Source: a virus
Length of the DNA stretch: 64,000 nucleotides
Direction: 5' to 3' (one strand)
Virus record (IMG/VR): IMGVR_UViG_2903506739_000001
Location: 3,696 to 67,695 of that record
Of the stretch, positions 27,837-36,645 are shown piece after piece. Both the position numbers and the translations under genes were made by a program. The notes below the pieces were generated by a model. The model saw nothing but the letters and a program-made list of their open reading frames with translations. It was not told the DNA's origin and made no database searches. Position 1 is the stretch's first letter. Each line of letters begins with the position of its first letter.

Positions 27837-28094
27837 TCAAATGCCACGCGGACCTTGCTGCTTCGACATGGTTATCCACAAGCGAAGTCCTTGATTCGCA
27901 ACGCCTTCACTGGCGATCTTTAGCAGTTTCTTATCCATACCGTCATAGAACTGCTGCAACCAAATAACGGGGATGGCTAGCTGGAAGTCGCGCCGCAAAT
28001 GCTGAAGTAGCTCCGGGATCGGCATCCCCGCAAGCCAAGCTGCGGCGGCGAACACCGCACCCGATTCTATTTCGGTTTGCTTATATAGGCCCAT
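27837..28094 (-). CDS. hypothetical protein
   Basis: 85 aa ORF and last gene of the leftward region. Its start overlaps the upstream stop (ATGA style). Confidence 0.4.
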   Translation of the reverse strand: MGLYKQTEIESGAVFAAAAWLAGMPIPELLQHLRRDFQLAIPVIWLQQFYDGMDKKLLKIASEGVANQGLRLWITMSKQQGPRGI

Positions 28095-28345
28095 CAGCCG
28101 AACTGTCTCTTCTTCAGGCCATGAGACCAGCCGGAGCTCTTCTTTTGTTCCACAGGTCGAGCACTGTCACGGCAGGTCGGGCAGAAGTGTTCGTAATCGC
28201 GACCGTTCTTGCGGATCAGCCAGCCGGCGTTCTTGGCGTCGCCGACCATCTCCGTGAAATCGCCATTCTCGTATTGCCCATCCTGGTCGTCGCCGCATTC
28301 GTCGCAGCACAGCCAGCGCTCTGAGCCGATCCTGGTGATGCTCAT
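28094..28345 (-). CDS. small Cys4 zinc-finger-like protein
   Basis: Start at M25 of track ORF 28094..28417. CxxC…CxxC pattern (WLCCDECG…HFCPTC). Confidence 0.4.
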   Translation of the reverse strand: MSITRIGSERWLCCDECGDDQDGQYENGDFTEMVGDAKNAGWLIRKNGRDYEHFCPTCRDSARPVEQKKSSGWSHGLKKRQFG

Positions 28346-28668
28346 TGGCTCTTCCCGATCGAAGTTGGGGCCTCGACGTATCCGTGCTTCCTGGTGGTCT
28401 CGCGCAGCGACCTGCAAGCCCGTTCCAGGGCCAGACGCGCCGGACGCTCGTCGCTCGTGTACTTGGCGCCGTCGAGCCGTGTCAGAGCTTCGGCAACGGC
28501 GCGTGCGTCGCGCACCAGCCTGGCGTCGGCGGCGAGCGGTATCTTGACGCGCACGATCGGCGGCAGCGTCGCCGCCGCGATCTGCCTTTTGACGATCGGC
28601 TCCAACGCCCTGGCCAGTTGGACCGCCATGGAACGCTCACGGGGCGTCGACTCTTCGACCATGCTCAT
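28342..28668 (-). CDS. hypothetical protein
   Basis: 108 aa ORF. Its ATG overlaps the methyltransferase stop (ATGA). Confidence 0.45.
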   Translation of the reverse strand: MSMVEESTPRERSMAVQLARALEPIVKRQIAAATLPPIVRVKIPLAADARLVRDARAVAEALTRLDGAKYTSDERPARLALERACRSLRETTRKHGYVEAPTSIGKSQ

Positions 28669-30143
28669 CCAAGCAACTCCTCAAATAATCCACTGTCAGT
28701 TGAATTGATGTGCACGGGTACGGCATGCCTGTCGCCGTGCGGGCAGCCGCAGGGCATGCCGAGGTCGGCATCGCCGTAGAACCAGCCGCTGTTGCCGCAG
28801 TAATCGCATTCCGGCTCGCCGAGGAGGTCATCGAAATTGTCTGCCGGCGCGATCAGGCCGAGGCGGCAACGGATGTCGGCGGCATATTCGGCCTCCATTT
28901 CGATCAACACGGCTTTGCAGCCTTCATCGAGCGCGGCCTTGCCGGTGGTGCCGGTGCCGGCGAAGGGGTCGAGCACCGTGCCGCCCTTCGGCGTGATGTG
29001 GCGCACCAGCGACCTGATCAGGCCTGGCGGCTTCACTGTTGGATGAGCATCGATCGGCGCCCGCTTGCCGTCCGCACCGACGCAGCCGCAGGTTGGCCGG
29101 CCGATGAAACGCGTTCCGCAGCTGGTGCATTTGTTGATGCGGTCCTTCGACGATGCCTTGGCGTGATAGAGGATCGGCTGGCCGTCGAACGGGTAACTTT
29201 CGAAGAAGCGGGCGGCATTCGACGGAAAAAGCGCGGCAACTTCCGCTGACGCGTCGTGGGCGATGTTCGCCGGCCAGCGGCCGGGCGGATCGTAGTTGTC
29301 ACGGTCTTTGCTGAACTTGCCGTAAATCTGGTTCTGCATCGGCCCGCTGCCGAAATCCGCATGACGGTTTTTGCCCTTGGACTCGGCCTCGTCGTCGTCG
29401 TCGTGGAAGGGCACGCGGCAACCATCAATGTTCACGGCTCCGACGCCATGCTTGAGGATGTTCAGGGCACCGTTCTTCTCGGAGAATGGCTTCTGGCCGA
29501 CATAGATCGGTTCCAGCGCTGGTTTGCGCACCTGGCCGCCATAATGCCAGCCTTGCCACGCGGCGGCATCATCGGTCCCCGGCTCGTAGAGCCCCGGCTG
29601 GTATTCGCGGTTGTCGAGTTTCTCCCACGTGCCGTCCTTGTGCTGGTCGGCGCCGGGCCGAATGCGACGGACAGGATCGCCGGTCGGCACTGTCTTACCC
29701 TTGACGCCAAGCGCCTTGTCGACGGCAACAGCGGCGTTGTGGGCTTTCGGAAATCCGCTGGCGAAGCACCAGCCGATCATCGGATGGGTGATGAAGCCGG
29801 CGTCCTCGATCGCCGTCGCCATGCGGTGATAGGTGCGGCTCGAGGAGAAGGCGACGATGTAGCCGCCAGGCTTGAGCACCTGGAAAACGAGATGCCAGAA
29901 CTCGGGATCGTTCTCGATATCGGTGCCGTCCCACGTCCGGCCCATAAATCCCTTGGACTGGCGCTGGAAGGCGCCGTCGCGGCCGGGCTTGGCCGGCTTG
30001 GCATTCTCCTTGCCGAACCGCTTGACAACGCTCTTGAGGCCGTATGGCGGGTCAGAGCAGACCGAGTCGACCTGCTCCCCGCGTTCGATCATACCGTTGA
30101 GCACGGCGCGGGCGTCGCCCTCATGAAGCGTGATCGCCTTCAT
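28665..30143 (-). CDS. DNA methyltransferase, beta-class amino-MTase (N6-adenine or N4-cytosine; DPPY near N-terminus, FxGxG near C-terminus) with Cys-rich insertion; C-terminal FEELLG tail
   Basis: 492 aa ORF. Motif IV SDPPYG lies at ~aa 30. Motif I LDPFAGTGTTG lies near the C-terminus. A zinc-ribbon-like segment CTSCGTRFIGRPTCGC lies between them. Confidence 0.8.
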   Translation of the reverse strand: MKAITLHEGDARAVLNGMIERGEQVDSVCSDPPYGLKSVVKRFGKENAKPAKPGRDGAFQRQSKGFMGRTWDGTDIENDPEFWHLVFQVLKPGGYIVAFSSSRTYHRMATAIEDAGFITHPMIGWCFASGFPKAHNAAVAVDKALGVKGKTVPTGDPVRRIRPGADQHKDGTWEKLDNREYQPGLYEPGTDDAAAWQGWHYGGQVRKPALEPIYVGQKPFSEKNGALNILKHGVGAVNIDGCRVPFHDDDDEAESKGKNRHADFGSGPMQNQIYGKFSKDRDNYDPPGRWPANIAHDASAEVAALFPSNAARFFESYPFDGQPILYHAKASSKDRINKCTSCGTRFIGRPTCGCVGADGKRAPIDAHPTVKPPGLIRSLVRHITPKGGTVLDPFAGTGTTGKAALDEGCKAVLIEMEAEYAADIRCRLGLIAPADNFDDLLGEPECDYCGNSGWFYGDADLGMPCGCPHGDRHAVPVHINSTDSGLFEELLG

Positions 30144-30343
30144 CCCAACAGATCCTCGAAAACCGTGGCGCGCTGTTTCTTCGCCTCACGCTCGCCGGCC
30201 CGCCAGATGAGCAGCGCCGCCTTGCGGTCCCAACTGGCGTCCTCGATACGCAATGTCGGACTGGTGAACAGGCCGGGCTCGTGCTTGACGCTGTCGAGCA
30301 TCGCTTGGAAGTCTTGCTCGAAGAAACGTTCGAACGGTGTCAT
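30140..30343 (-). CDS. hypothetical protein with C-terminal FEDLLG tail
   Basis: 67 aa ORF with ATGA overlaps at both ends. Confidence 0.5.
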   Translation of the reverse strand: MTPFERFFEQDFQAMLDSVKHEPGLFTSPTLRIEDASWDRKAALLIWRAGEREAKKQRATVFEDLLG

Positions 30344-30660
30344 CAGAGCAGGTCCGAGAAGTCGTCCTTCGGCGCTGGCGTATCATCGTGCGGCGGTGCC
30401 GGCGTCTTGATCGCCGGATTGTCCTTGCCGATGCCCTGGAAATCGTGCTTGTCGGGCTTCAACTGGCCAGTCTCGACGTCGAAGCTCAGGCCGGTCTCAC
30501 TCGCCTTGCCGCCCGGATAGGCCTTGTCCAGTTCCTCGAGCAGCGGCGTCTTCTGCAAGTAGAAGCGGAAGGTCTTGTCGGTGCCCGGAAAGGGGTAACA
30601 GTCGAACCAGGGGTTGCCCTTGGTCTTGCGGATCGCGCCGCGCAGTTCGCCTAGTTTCAT
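30343..30660 (-). CDS. hypothetical protein ending DDFSDLL
   Basis: 105 aa ORF with a Pro-rich acidic C-terminus. Confidence 0.5.
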   Translation of the reverse strand: MKLGELRGAIRKTKGNPWFDCYPFPGTDKTFRFYLQKTPLLEELDKAYPGGKASETGLSFDVETGQLKPDKHDFQGIGKDNPAIKTPAPPHDDTPAPKDDFSDLL

Positions 30661-30670
30661 GTCAGTCGTC

Positions 30671-30898
30671 CTATCCTAGGAGATCGGCAAATTCGGTTTT
30701 CGGTATCTGAGCATGAGCCACCGGCATGGCGGCACGCAAAGCCGCTTCGGCGGTAGGTCCTTCGCCGCGGTAGGGCGATGGCATCTCGTTGCGCTTGTCG
30801 CGCAGAAAGCAGCGCCAAAGGCCGTCCACGCCTTCGTATAAATTGGACACCAGCAGCTTGCGGCGCTTGATCTCCGCGAGCAGCGAACCGGTGCTCAT
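30671..30898 (-). CDS. hypothetical protein with C-terminal EFADLLG tail
   Basis: 75 aa ORF. Confidence 0.5.
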   Translation of the reverse strand: MSTGSLLAEIKRRKLLVSNLYEGVDGLWRCFLRDKRNEMPSPYRGEGPTAEAALRAAMPVAHAQIPKTEFADLLG

Positions 30899-31002
30899 CA
30901 GAGGTCGATCCTGCTGACGACGAATTCCAGGGCAGCGGAAATCATGTCGCTGATCATCCAGCCGACAAAGGACCCGAGAACGAGCGTGCCGATGATGCTC
31001 AT
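30898..31002 (-). CDS. 34-aa hydrophobic peptide (not in ORF track)
   Basis: Reverse-strand reading gives MSIIGTLVLGSFVGWMISDMISAALEFVVSRIDL. Its stop overlaps the next ATG. Confidence 0.2.
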   Translation of the reverse strand: MSIIGTLVLGSFVGWMISDMISAALEFVVSRIDL

Positions 31003-31004
31003 CG

Positions 31005-31319
31005 TCACACCATCCCGAGCGCGGCTTTGTATAAATCGAGGATCGACTCCTCTTCCTGCCGCTCGGCCTGGTCCTTCTTGCGCAGGCGGATGATGGCGCG
31101 CATCGCCTTGACGTCGAAACCGGTCCCGCGTGCCTCCTGGAAGACCTCGCGGATGTCGTCGGAGATCGTCTTTTTCTCCTCCTCGAGCCGTTCCACCCTT
31201 TCGATGAAAGCGCGCAACTGGCCGGCCGCGACGGTTTGGCTGGTCTCGGTAATGTTGTCCTCCTTGGACACGCCGCGACCGTCGCCGCCCATCAGGTCGT
31301 CATCAACGCTCTTGCCCAT
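31005..31319 (-). CDS. GapR-like nucleoid-associated DNA-binding protein (DUF2312 family)
   Basis: Start at M30 of the track ORF. The sequence (…[70 protein letters not shown]) matches the conserved DUF2312/GapR pattern known from Caulobacter and alphaproteobacterial phages. Confidence 0.8.
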   Translation of the reverse strand: MGKSVDDDLMGGDGRGVSKEDNITETSQTVAAGQLRAFIERVERLEEEKKTISDDIREVFQEARGTGFDVKAMRAIIRLRKKDQAERQEEESILDLYKAALGMV

Positions 31320-31511
31320 CGTCCTTGTCCTTTCTCGTTGCGGGGCTGCGCAGCGCGGACGTGTCGCGCCTGAACGCGACGGCGTGTCCGGTACGCTCGA
31401 CGCCAAGCATGGCCTTCAGGTCCAGGCCAGTAACCGCGTCGCTGAATGTGTAGGATCTCTCGTCCATGGTTGATCTGTTCAACAGTAAGTTGAATTTCAA
31501 GTCAAGCGGAA

Positions 31512-32393
31512 TCAGGGTCGGCCGACCTCGAGGAACGGCACCGTGCCGCTCGGCAGCATCGACGTCGGAAGCTTGCCGTCCCACCGCTCGGCCTTGGTCA
31601 GTTCGACCAGGGTGGGGTTGGAACCGAGAGCCGCGGCACGCGCCTGGATGGCTTCCGCCTGTGCCTCGCCTTCGGCCTTGACCTTATAGGCCTCGGCGTC
31701 GGCTTCCGCCTTCACGCTGTCGGCGCGGCCCTTGGCCTGAGTGACGGCAATGTCGGCCTTGATCTTCTCCTGCTGCAGGGTCTGTTCCTGCTTCTGGACC
31801 TCGACCTGTGCCGTCATGCGCGCCTCCACGGCCTGTTCGTAGGCGTCGGAGAAGTCGATATTCTCGATCTGCACGGAGTCGACGACGATCGGCCCGCGCA
31901 CCGCTTCGATTACCGCCCTGGAGACCTCGGAGTTGAACTTGTTGCGGCTCTGGATGACTGACACGGCATCGTATTGGCCGAACACGGTCTTGATGGTCTG
32001 CGGCGCGGTGCGGGCAACCGTGCGCTCCTCGAGCACTTCGAGCGAGCCGTATTGCGCATAGACGTCTTCGACCTGGTCCGGCGACACGTGGTAGGTGACG
32101 CTGACGCGCATGTCGGCGGCCTGCTGATCCTTCGAATAGGCCTGCATGACGTCGCGGGTGTCCTTGAAGCCCCAATAGGTCGTCTGCTGCTGCGTGCTGA
32201 GCTTCACGACCGACTGGAAGAACGGCGCCTTGAAATGCAGGCCGGGCTCGGCGATCGACGTGAACGCGCCGTTGGTGAGCAGCACGCCGCGCTGTCCCTG
32301 GTCGACGGTGTAGAAGCTGCCGAACAGCGTAAGCGTGCCGATGAGCCCGACGAAAGCCGCGATTCCGATGGTGATGACCCTGCCCATGTTCAT
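31512..32393 (-). CDS. SPFH/band-7 (prohibitin/stomatin/HflKC-like) membrane protein
   Basis: Start at M25 of the track ORF, preceded by AAGGAGA. N-terminal TM helix, SPFH core, Ala/Glu/Lys-rich coiled-coil C-terminus. Confidence 0.7.
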   Translation of the reverse strand: MNMGRVITIGIAAFVGLIGTLTLFGSFYTVDQGQRGVLLTNGAFTSIAEPGLHFKAPFFQSVVKLSTQQQTTYWGFKDTRDVMQAYSKDQQAADMRVSVTYHVSPDQVEDVYAQYGSLEVLEERTVARTAPQTIKTVFGQYDAVSVIQSRNKFNSEVSRAVIEAVRGPIVVDSVQIENIDFSDAYEQAVEARMTAQVEVQKQEQTLQQEKIKADIAVTQAKGRADSVKAEADAEAYKVKAEGEAQAEAIQARAAALGSNPTLVELTKAERWDGKLPTSMLPSGTVPFLEVGRP

Positions 32394-32463
32394 GGAATTT
32401 GTCTCCTTCTGCTGGTTGAAAACTGATCTTGCCAAATGCATTAGCGGGCACACATATTCAGGC

Positions 32464-32703
32464 ATGCTGTGGTTTTGGCCGCCCGTTTACGTGAGAGAAT
32501 TGTCGACCGGTCAAACGCTCGGCGTGAAGTCGGTCGAAGCGGCGATCGAGCAGATGCGGACATGGCCGAAGGTCGGCAAGAAGATGAAAGAGGCCTACCC
32601 GATCTGCTACGGCGTGATGGACGGCTCGCACACGGTCGACCAGTGCCGCGCCGCCTTCGAGGCAGCCGCGAAAGAGGCCAAGGTGGTGCGGAGCGGCGAA
32701 TGA
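32464..32703 (+). CDS. DUF982-like small protein (rhizobial family); plus-strand moron inside the leftward region
   Basis: 79 aa from M44 of track ORF 32335..32703. An AT-richer promoter-like stretch lies upstream. Family call is tentative. Confidence 0.4.
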   Translation: MLWFWPPVYVRELSTGQTLGVKSVEAAIEQMRTWPKVGKKMKEAYPICYGVMDGSHTVDQCRAAFEAAAKEAKVVRSGE

Positions 32704-32808
32704 GGCTTCTGCTTTCCGCGATGCCGGAAAAACGGTTTAAGAGGGCCTGGAAACACCCTCCCGCCCTTGTCGTCCGCTTCCAGTACGGACTATCCGGCAC
32801 CTGGGAAA

Positions 32809-32940
32809 ACAGAAGGCTCATTCGCCACCTACGGCGCGCCGTAGGGTGTCGGTAATGCCGATGGCGGTATCGCGCGGCATGTCCGGTGTGCTGACACAGC
32901 CTGCCAGGAGCAACAGGATGAGGAGCGTCAGGCGGTTCAT
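32809..32940 (-). CDS. 43-aa putative lipoprotein (LLLAGC lipobox), not in ORF track
   Basis: Reverse-strand reading gives MNRLTLLILLLLAGCVSTPDMPRDTAIGITDTLRRAVGGE. It contains the palindrome CCTACGGCGCGCCGTAGG at 32820-32837. Confidence 0.25.
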
Positions 32941-33305
32941 GGCGCGATCTCGGCAAGTGCGAGATGCCCTGCTTTGGTGATGCGCCATTCGTACCCATAG
33001 AAACCATCAGGCCCGCCGACGCATGCGATCAAGCCGCTCTTTTCTAGCGAGCGAAGACGCCGCAAGATGCGCGCTCGGGTCGGCAGGTAGCCCGCTGCAC
33101 CGTTACGCACGGCGTCGGCGTAGCGACGATAGAGGACGTCGCCAATATAGGCGCTCCTTGGTGCGCAGGCCTGCTTGACCGCCAACAGCACCTGTGCCTC
33201 GGTTAATTCCAACCCTTCCGATTTCGCAGGGGTCTTGCAAAAGTCGGGACCGCCTCGGCCGCACGCGCACGCTGGCCATTCCCGGCAGGTCTTGAAACCG
33301 CTCAT
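32937..33305 (-). CDS. hypothetical protein (Cys-rich N-terminus, winged-helix-like C-terminus)
   Basis: Start at M16 of the track ORF, with an ATGA overlap to the upstream gene. Confidence 0.4.
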   Translation of the reverse strand: MSGFKTCREWPACACGRGGPDFCKTPAKSEGLELTEAQVLLAVKQACAPRSAYIGDVLYRRYADAVRNGAAGYLPTRARILRRLRSLEKSGLIACVGGPDGFYGYEWRITKAGHLALAEIAP

Positions 33306-33721
33306 GCAGCACCCCCTTCGCGCAGGAAGGCGCAAACGTCGCTGACCCAATCGTTCATGGTGTATTCGGCCGGCATCCAGTTCGATTGCTTAGCCGCTTC
33401 CATGATCTGGTGCCAGAATGCGGCATGAAGATCGATGGTTGGGGTCGCGAGATGATGCGCGATGAGATTGTCGAACTGGCGCCGGATATCGACCGGATCG
33501 GCGTCGGGCCAGAATTCGGCGATCTGTTCGTCCGTCAGCGGGTGCGCGGCCGGCTGCGTTGGCTTCATCACGACGCTGCTCTCACCCATCGCCATCTCGC
33601 CGCGCACCCAACTTTCGCGTTGGGCCTGCCACATCGCTTCGCGTTCCTCTGGCGACATCGCGGCGACGCGCGCCTTGGCTTCCTCGAGCAGCACGGAAAG
33701 GGACTTCCTGAGCGGCTTCAT
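33302..33721 (-). CDS. hypothetical protein
   Basis: 139 aa ORF. Confidence 0.45.
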   Translation of the reverse strand: MKPLRKSLSVLLEEAKARVAAMSPEEREAMWQAQRESWVRGEMAMGESSVVMKPTQPAAHPLTDEQIAEFWPDADPVDIRRQFDNLIAHHLATPTIDLHAAFWHQIMEAAKQSNWMPAEYTMNDWVSDVCAFLREGGAA

Positions 33722-33724
33722 GGC

Positions 33725-34540
33725 TCAGAATCCAACCAGCGTACGAAGTTCGGCATAGGCGTCGGGCACCAGCACGACGACGTAGCGTCCGCTGTTGTCC
33801 TTCGCCTCGCGGATCTCGGCGGCACCGAACAGCGCCTGCAACTGCTGCTTCAGGCTGGATTTCTTCTCGCCGCCCATGTGCTTGGCCGTGGCGCGTGTCT
33901 TTCCCTCGGCCCGCGCCGTCTCGACGGCCTGGGTGAGCTTGCTCGTGGCCTCCGCTGCATCGCCAGCGCTCTGCTTGAGCGCGTTGACGGCGAGCGTTGC
34001 CGAGACAGAGCCGTCCCTGACCATTCGGGTCATCGTCTCGGGTGCCGCCTGCAGATTGAGAAGGTCGACCACCCACTGGCGCGTCAGGCCGGATTTCTGC
34101 GCGATGTCGGACTCCGTCCAGCCGAGATCGACGAGGCGCTTGAACACTTTCGCCTGCTCGATCGGCCGCAGCGGTTTGCCGGAGTTCCGCACGATCTGCG
34201 AGAAGACGCGGTCGGCCTCGCTGGCGTAACGGTCCTCGGTCTGCACCGGCAGCGACTTGATCTCGGCGCCGAGATGCTCGATCGCGTACTGCGTCGCGAA
34301 AAGGCGCCTATGACCATCCGAGACGAAGGCCTTGCCGTCGAGCCAATAGACGGTGAGATTCGCCTTGACGCCGACCTCGGCGATCGACTGCGCCAGCGCC
34401 AGGTCGTCAGGGTCGTCGGGATTGAAGTTCTCGGTGCGGCAGTTCCAGCCGTCCTTGACGTGGATGTCTGCCGGCGCAAGGCGGTAGGTGTCGGAACGGC
34501 CGACCGCGACGCCCTTTATGCCTTCCATATTCTTCGACAT
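33725..34540 (-). CDS. ParB-like nuclease domain protein with C-terminal HTH
   Basis: 271 aa ORF. ParB/Srx-type motif DGHRRLFA. Downstream helix-turn-helix segment (SDIAQKSGLTRQWV). Confidence 0.7.
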   Translation of the reverse strand: MSKNMEGIKGVAVGRSDTYRLAPADIHVKDGWNCRTENFNPDDPDDLALAQSIAEVGVKANLTVYWLDGKAFVSDGHRRLFATQYAIEHLGAEIKSLPVQTEDRYASEADRVFSQIVRNSGKPLRPIEQAKVFKRLVDLGWTESDIAQKSGLTRQWVVDLLNLQAAPETMTRMVRDGSVSATLAVNALKQSAGDAAEATSKLTQAVETARAEGKTRATAKHMGGEKKSSLKQQLQALFGAAEIREAKDNSGRYVVVLVPDAYAELRTLVGF

Positions 34541-34577
34541 ATCCGCTCCCTCCGATTCAACCGATCTATTCTCATAA

Positions 34578-34592
34578 TCAACAGTCGGTTGA
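34578..34592. promoter_or_regulatory. palindromic operator-like site TCAACAGTCGGTTGA (TCAAC-N5-GTTGA family)
   Basis: Read from the sequence. It lies between the terminator at 34609-34643 and the ParB-like gene start. Confidence 0.5.
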
Positions 34593-34608
34593 TTTTGTCA
34601 ACAGCGAT

Positions 34609-34643
34609 TCCAACAAAAAAGAAGCCCGGCACGGTGGCCGGGC
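34609..34643 (-). terminator. rho-independent terminator for leftward transcription (GCCCGGC-ACGGTG-GCCGGGC followed by a T-run on the minus strand)
   Basis: Hairpin plus TTCTTTTTTG tract in the minus-strand orientation. Confidence 0.55.
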
Positions 34644-34670
34644 AAGATGCGGTCTTGGGAGGACCGAATT

Positions 34671-34862
34671 TCAGGATTGCCGTTCCGGCAATTCCCACCA
34701 GGGCACGTGGCCGGGCTTGAGTTGGCGAATGCTCCTGCCATAGACGACGGTGCGAAATTTGCCCGTCCAGGAACAGCATTGCAGCGTCCAGCCGCCGTCG
34801 TGATCGACGTCCTGCCAGCTTCGAAAGCCGAGCCAGGTGAGTAGAGGCACTGCGTAGTTCAT
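34671..34862 (-). CDS. hypothetical small protein
   Basis: 63 aa ORF. Confidence 0.3.
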   Translation of the reverse strand: MNYAVPLLTWLGFRSWQDVDHDGGWTLQCCSWTGKFRTVVYGRSIRQLKPGHVPWWELPERQS

Positions 34863-35296
34863 CGGAGCGATGCAGCCCGCTTTGCGGCCTTGCGGGCGCG
34901 CTTCTCTTCGGCTGCAGAAAGTCGGTCAACGTTCGCCGCCACAGGCGGGTCGACGAAAGAGGGATGTGGATCGATGATCGAGGGAGCCGGATCGACACGC
35001 GTAGACTGCTTCCAATACGGCTCGACCAAGCCGCGCAGACGCCGACCGTCCTTAAGTTCGATCCAATCCTCATCGACGTCATAGGCATAGACGTTGCCCG
35101 GCATGCCGATGCCGTTGAAGCGAACGCCGACCCGCTTGCAGATGTCGCGCGTTGAATCGCTGAGCCGCAGCCGGCGCGGCGGCGCATCCGGATCGATGTT
35201 CGACGTGGCGACAGGCCTTCTCGGTGGTTCCGAAATAAGCAGGCCTGCCATGGCACCAAGAGCGGCGAGATGAAGTCCCCTTGACCCGCGCATCAA
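34859..35296 (-). CDS. secreted hypothetical protein (N-terminal signal peptide)
   Basis: 145 aa ORF beginning MMRGSRGLHLAALGAMAGLLIS. Confidence 0.45.
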   Translation of the reverse strand: MMRGSRGLHLAALGAMAGLLISEPPRRPVATSNIDPDAPPRRLRLSDSTRDICKRVGVRFNGIGMPGNVYAYDVDEDWIELKDGRRLRGLVEPYWKQSTRVDPAPSIIDPHPSFVDPPVAANVDRLSAAEEKRARKAAKRAASLR

Positions 35297-35928
35297 AATG
35301 CCTTCCCGCCTTCCTTGAGCCGGTTCTCTGGTTTGTGATCGGCCCTGGTGGCGTTGTAGGCGTCCTTCTCGACGAAGATGACGCCGGCAGGGTGTTCGTC
35401 ATTGCCCTCGCTGCCGAGGATGTCGAGACAGCGAATAATCTCGTCGATCAACTCGACGCGCCAGCCAGGTCGATGCGGCAGCTTGTCGTCGGGTTTGTCG
35501 CCCTTGCGGCGCGCCTCGAGCGCTTCCGTCAACTCGCTGTGGCAGAGGGCCATGAGTTCGCCGAAATTGCGCTTGCCGTGCAGATCCTCGCCGGTCTTAG
35601 GATCGTTCCACCAGCCACGCTCAACGTTGCCCTTGTGGACCGCATTGGCGAGATTGGTAATAAGCGATGCCTTGTCGCTGATGACGTAGAGCACGGCACC
35701 GCGGGCAAGCTCGGCAATCATGTTCTGGACGGTGCCGACGTGGATCGGCTTTTCGAGGTAAGCGAGCCGCGTGGCGAGCTCGGCGGCTTCGTCGTCGATC
35801 CACTGGTTGAGATTGGTCGGCCGCTCGCCGAGGCCAAGATCGGCCATGCTGATGCGGTCGGCTGACTCGGCACGCATGATGTCCTCGCGCACGTCATCAA
35901 TAAAATCGTCCCTGTCTCGATATCCCAT
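35293..35928 (-). CDS. MazG-like nucleoside triphosphate pyrophosphohydrolase
   Basis: 211 aa ORF. All-alpha NTP-PPase motif pattern (NFGELMALCHSELTEALEA … VELIDEIIRCLD). Confidence 0.6.
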   Translation of the reverse strand: MGYRDRDDFIDDVREDIMRAESADRISMADLGLGERPTNLNQWIDDEAAELATRLAYLEKPIHVGTVQNMIAELARGAVLYVISDKASLITNLANAVHKGNVERGWWNDPKTGEDLHGKRNFGELMALCHSELTEALEARRKGDKPDDKLPHRPGWRVELIDEIIRCLDILGSEGNDEHPAGVIFVEKDAYNATRADHKPENRLKEGGKAF

Positions 35929-35937
35929 TGTGGTTGA

Positions 35938-36645
35938 TCACCTTTCCTCACGGTTGAATCTCTGGTCACGATTGAGCAGCGATCGCAGGGCAATCACTGC
36001 TTCCGTCTGGTTCTTGGCTCCAAGCATCTCCCAGAGTCCGTCGAGCGCGACGCGCTGTACCTGTTCCGTGATGCTCTGCCTTTCACGCGGTGCCTGCGGT
36101 TCGGCGATACCTTCGCAGACGATTCCGGCTTCACGGAACATCGTCGCGGCGGCCTCCATCTCATCACCCCATTTGGCCGGATCAAGCGCGCTGCTTGCGT
36201 CATAGTAGACGGCCGAAATCCCTGCCTGGATCAGCGTGCGACAACAGGCGGCGCATGGGTGATGCGTCTGGTAGACCGCACAGCCCTTGGTGCGGATGCC
36301 CTCGCGAGCGGCAAAGGCCACGAGGTTGGCTTCGGCATGCGAGGCATAAAGGTACTTCGCCGGGCGCTCGAAGCGCTCAGGACGGTCCTGCACGCCACGC
36401 GGCGGGCCGTTATAACTGGTCAGCCTGACCTCGCCTTCCGGACCGACGAGCACTGCGCCGACCTTGGTCGTGTCCTTCGACTTGGTCGCGGCATGGCAGG
36501 CGAAATCGAGCAGATAGCGAGTCCAGCCTGATTTCGGGGCGCCTCTCTGTTTGCGACCTTCCTGTTGCTCTTTGCGGGCTTCCTGGCGATCGTTCGTCCA
36601 ACCGAACTCCGCATCCCACGCCTGTCCGTCACTGAGTCCCATCAC
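35938..36645 (-). CDS. dCMP / cytidine deaminase family protein
   Basis: 235 aa ORF. Zinc-binding motifs HAEANL … PCAACCRTLIQAGI. Confidence 0.8.
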   Translation of the reverse strand: MMGLSDGQAWDAEFGWTNDRQEARKEQQEGRKQRGAPKSGWTRYLLDFACHAATKSKDTTKVGAVLVGPEGEVRLTSYNGPPRGVQDRPERFERPAKYLYASHAEANLVAFAAREGIRTKGCAVYQTHHPCAACCRTLIQAGISAVYYDASSALDPAKWGDEMEAAATMFREAGIVCEGIAEPQAPRERQSITEQVQRVALDGLWEMLGAKNQTEAVIALRSLLNRDQRFNREER

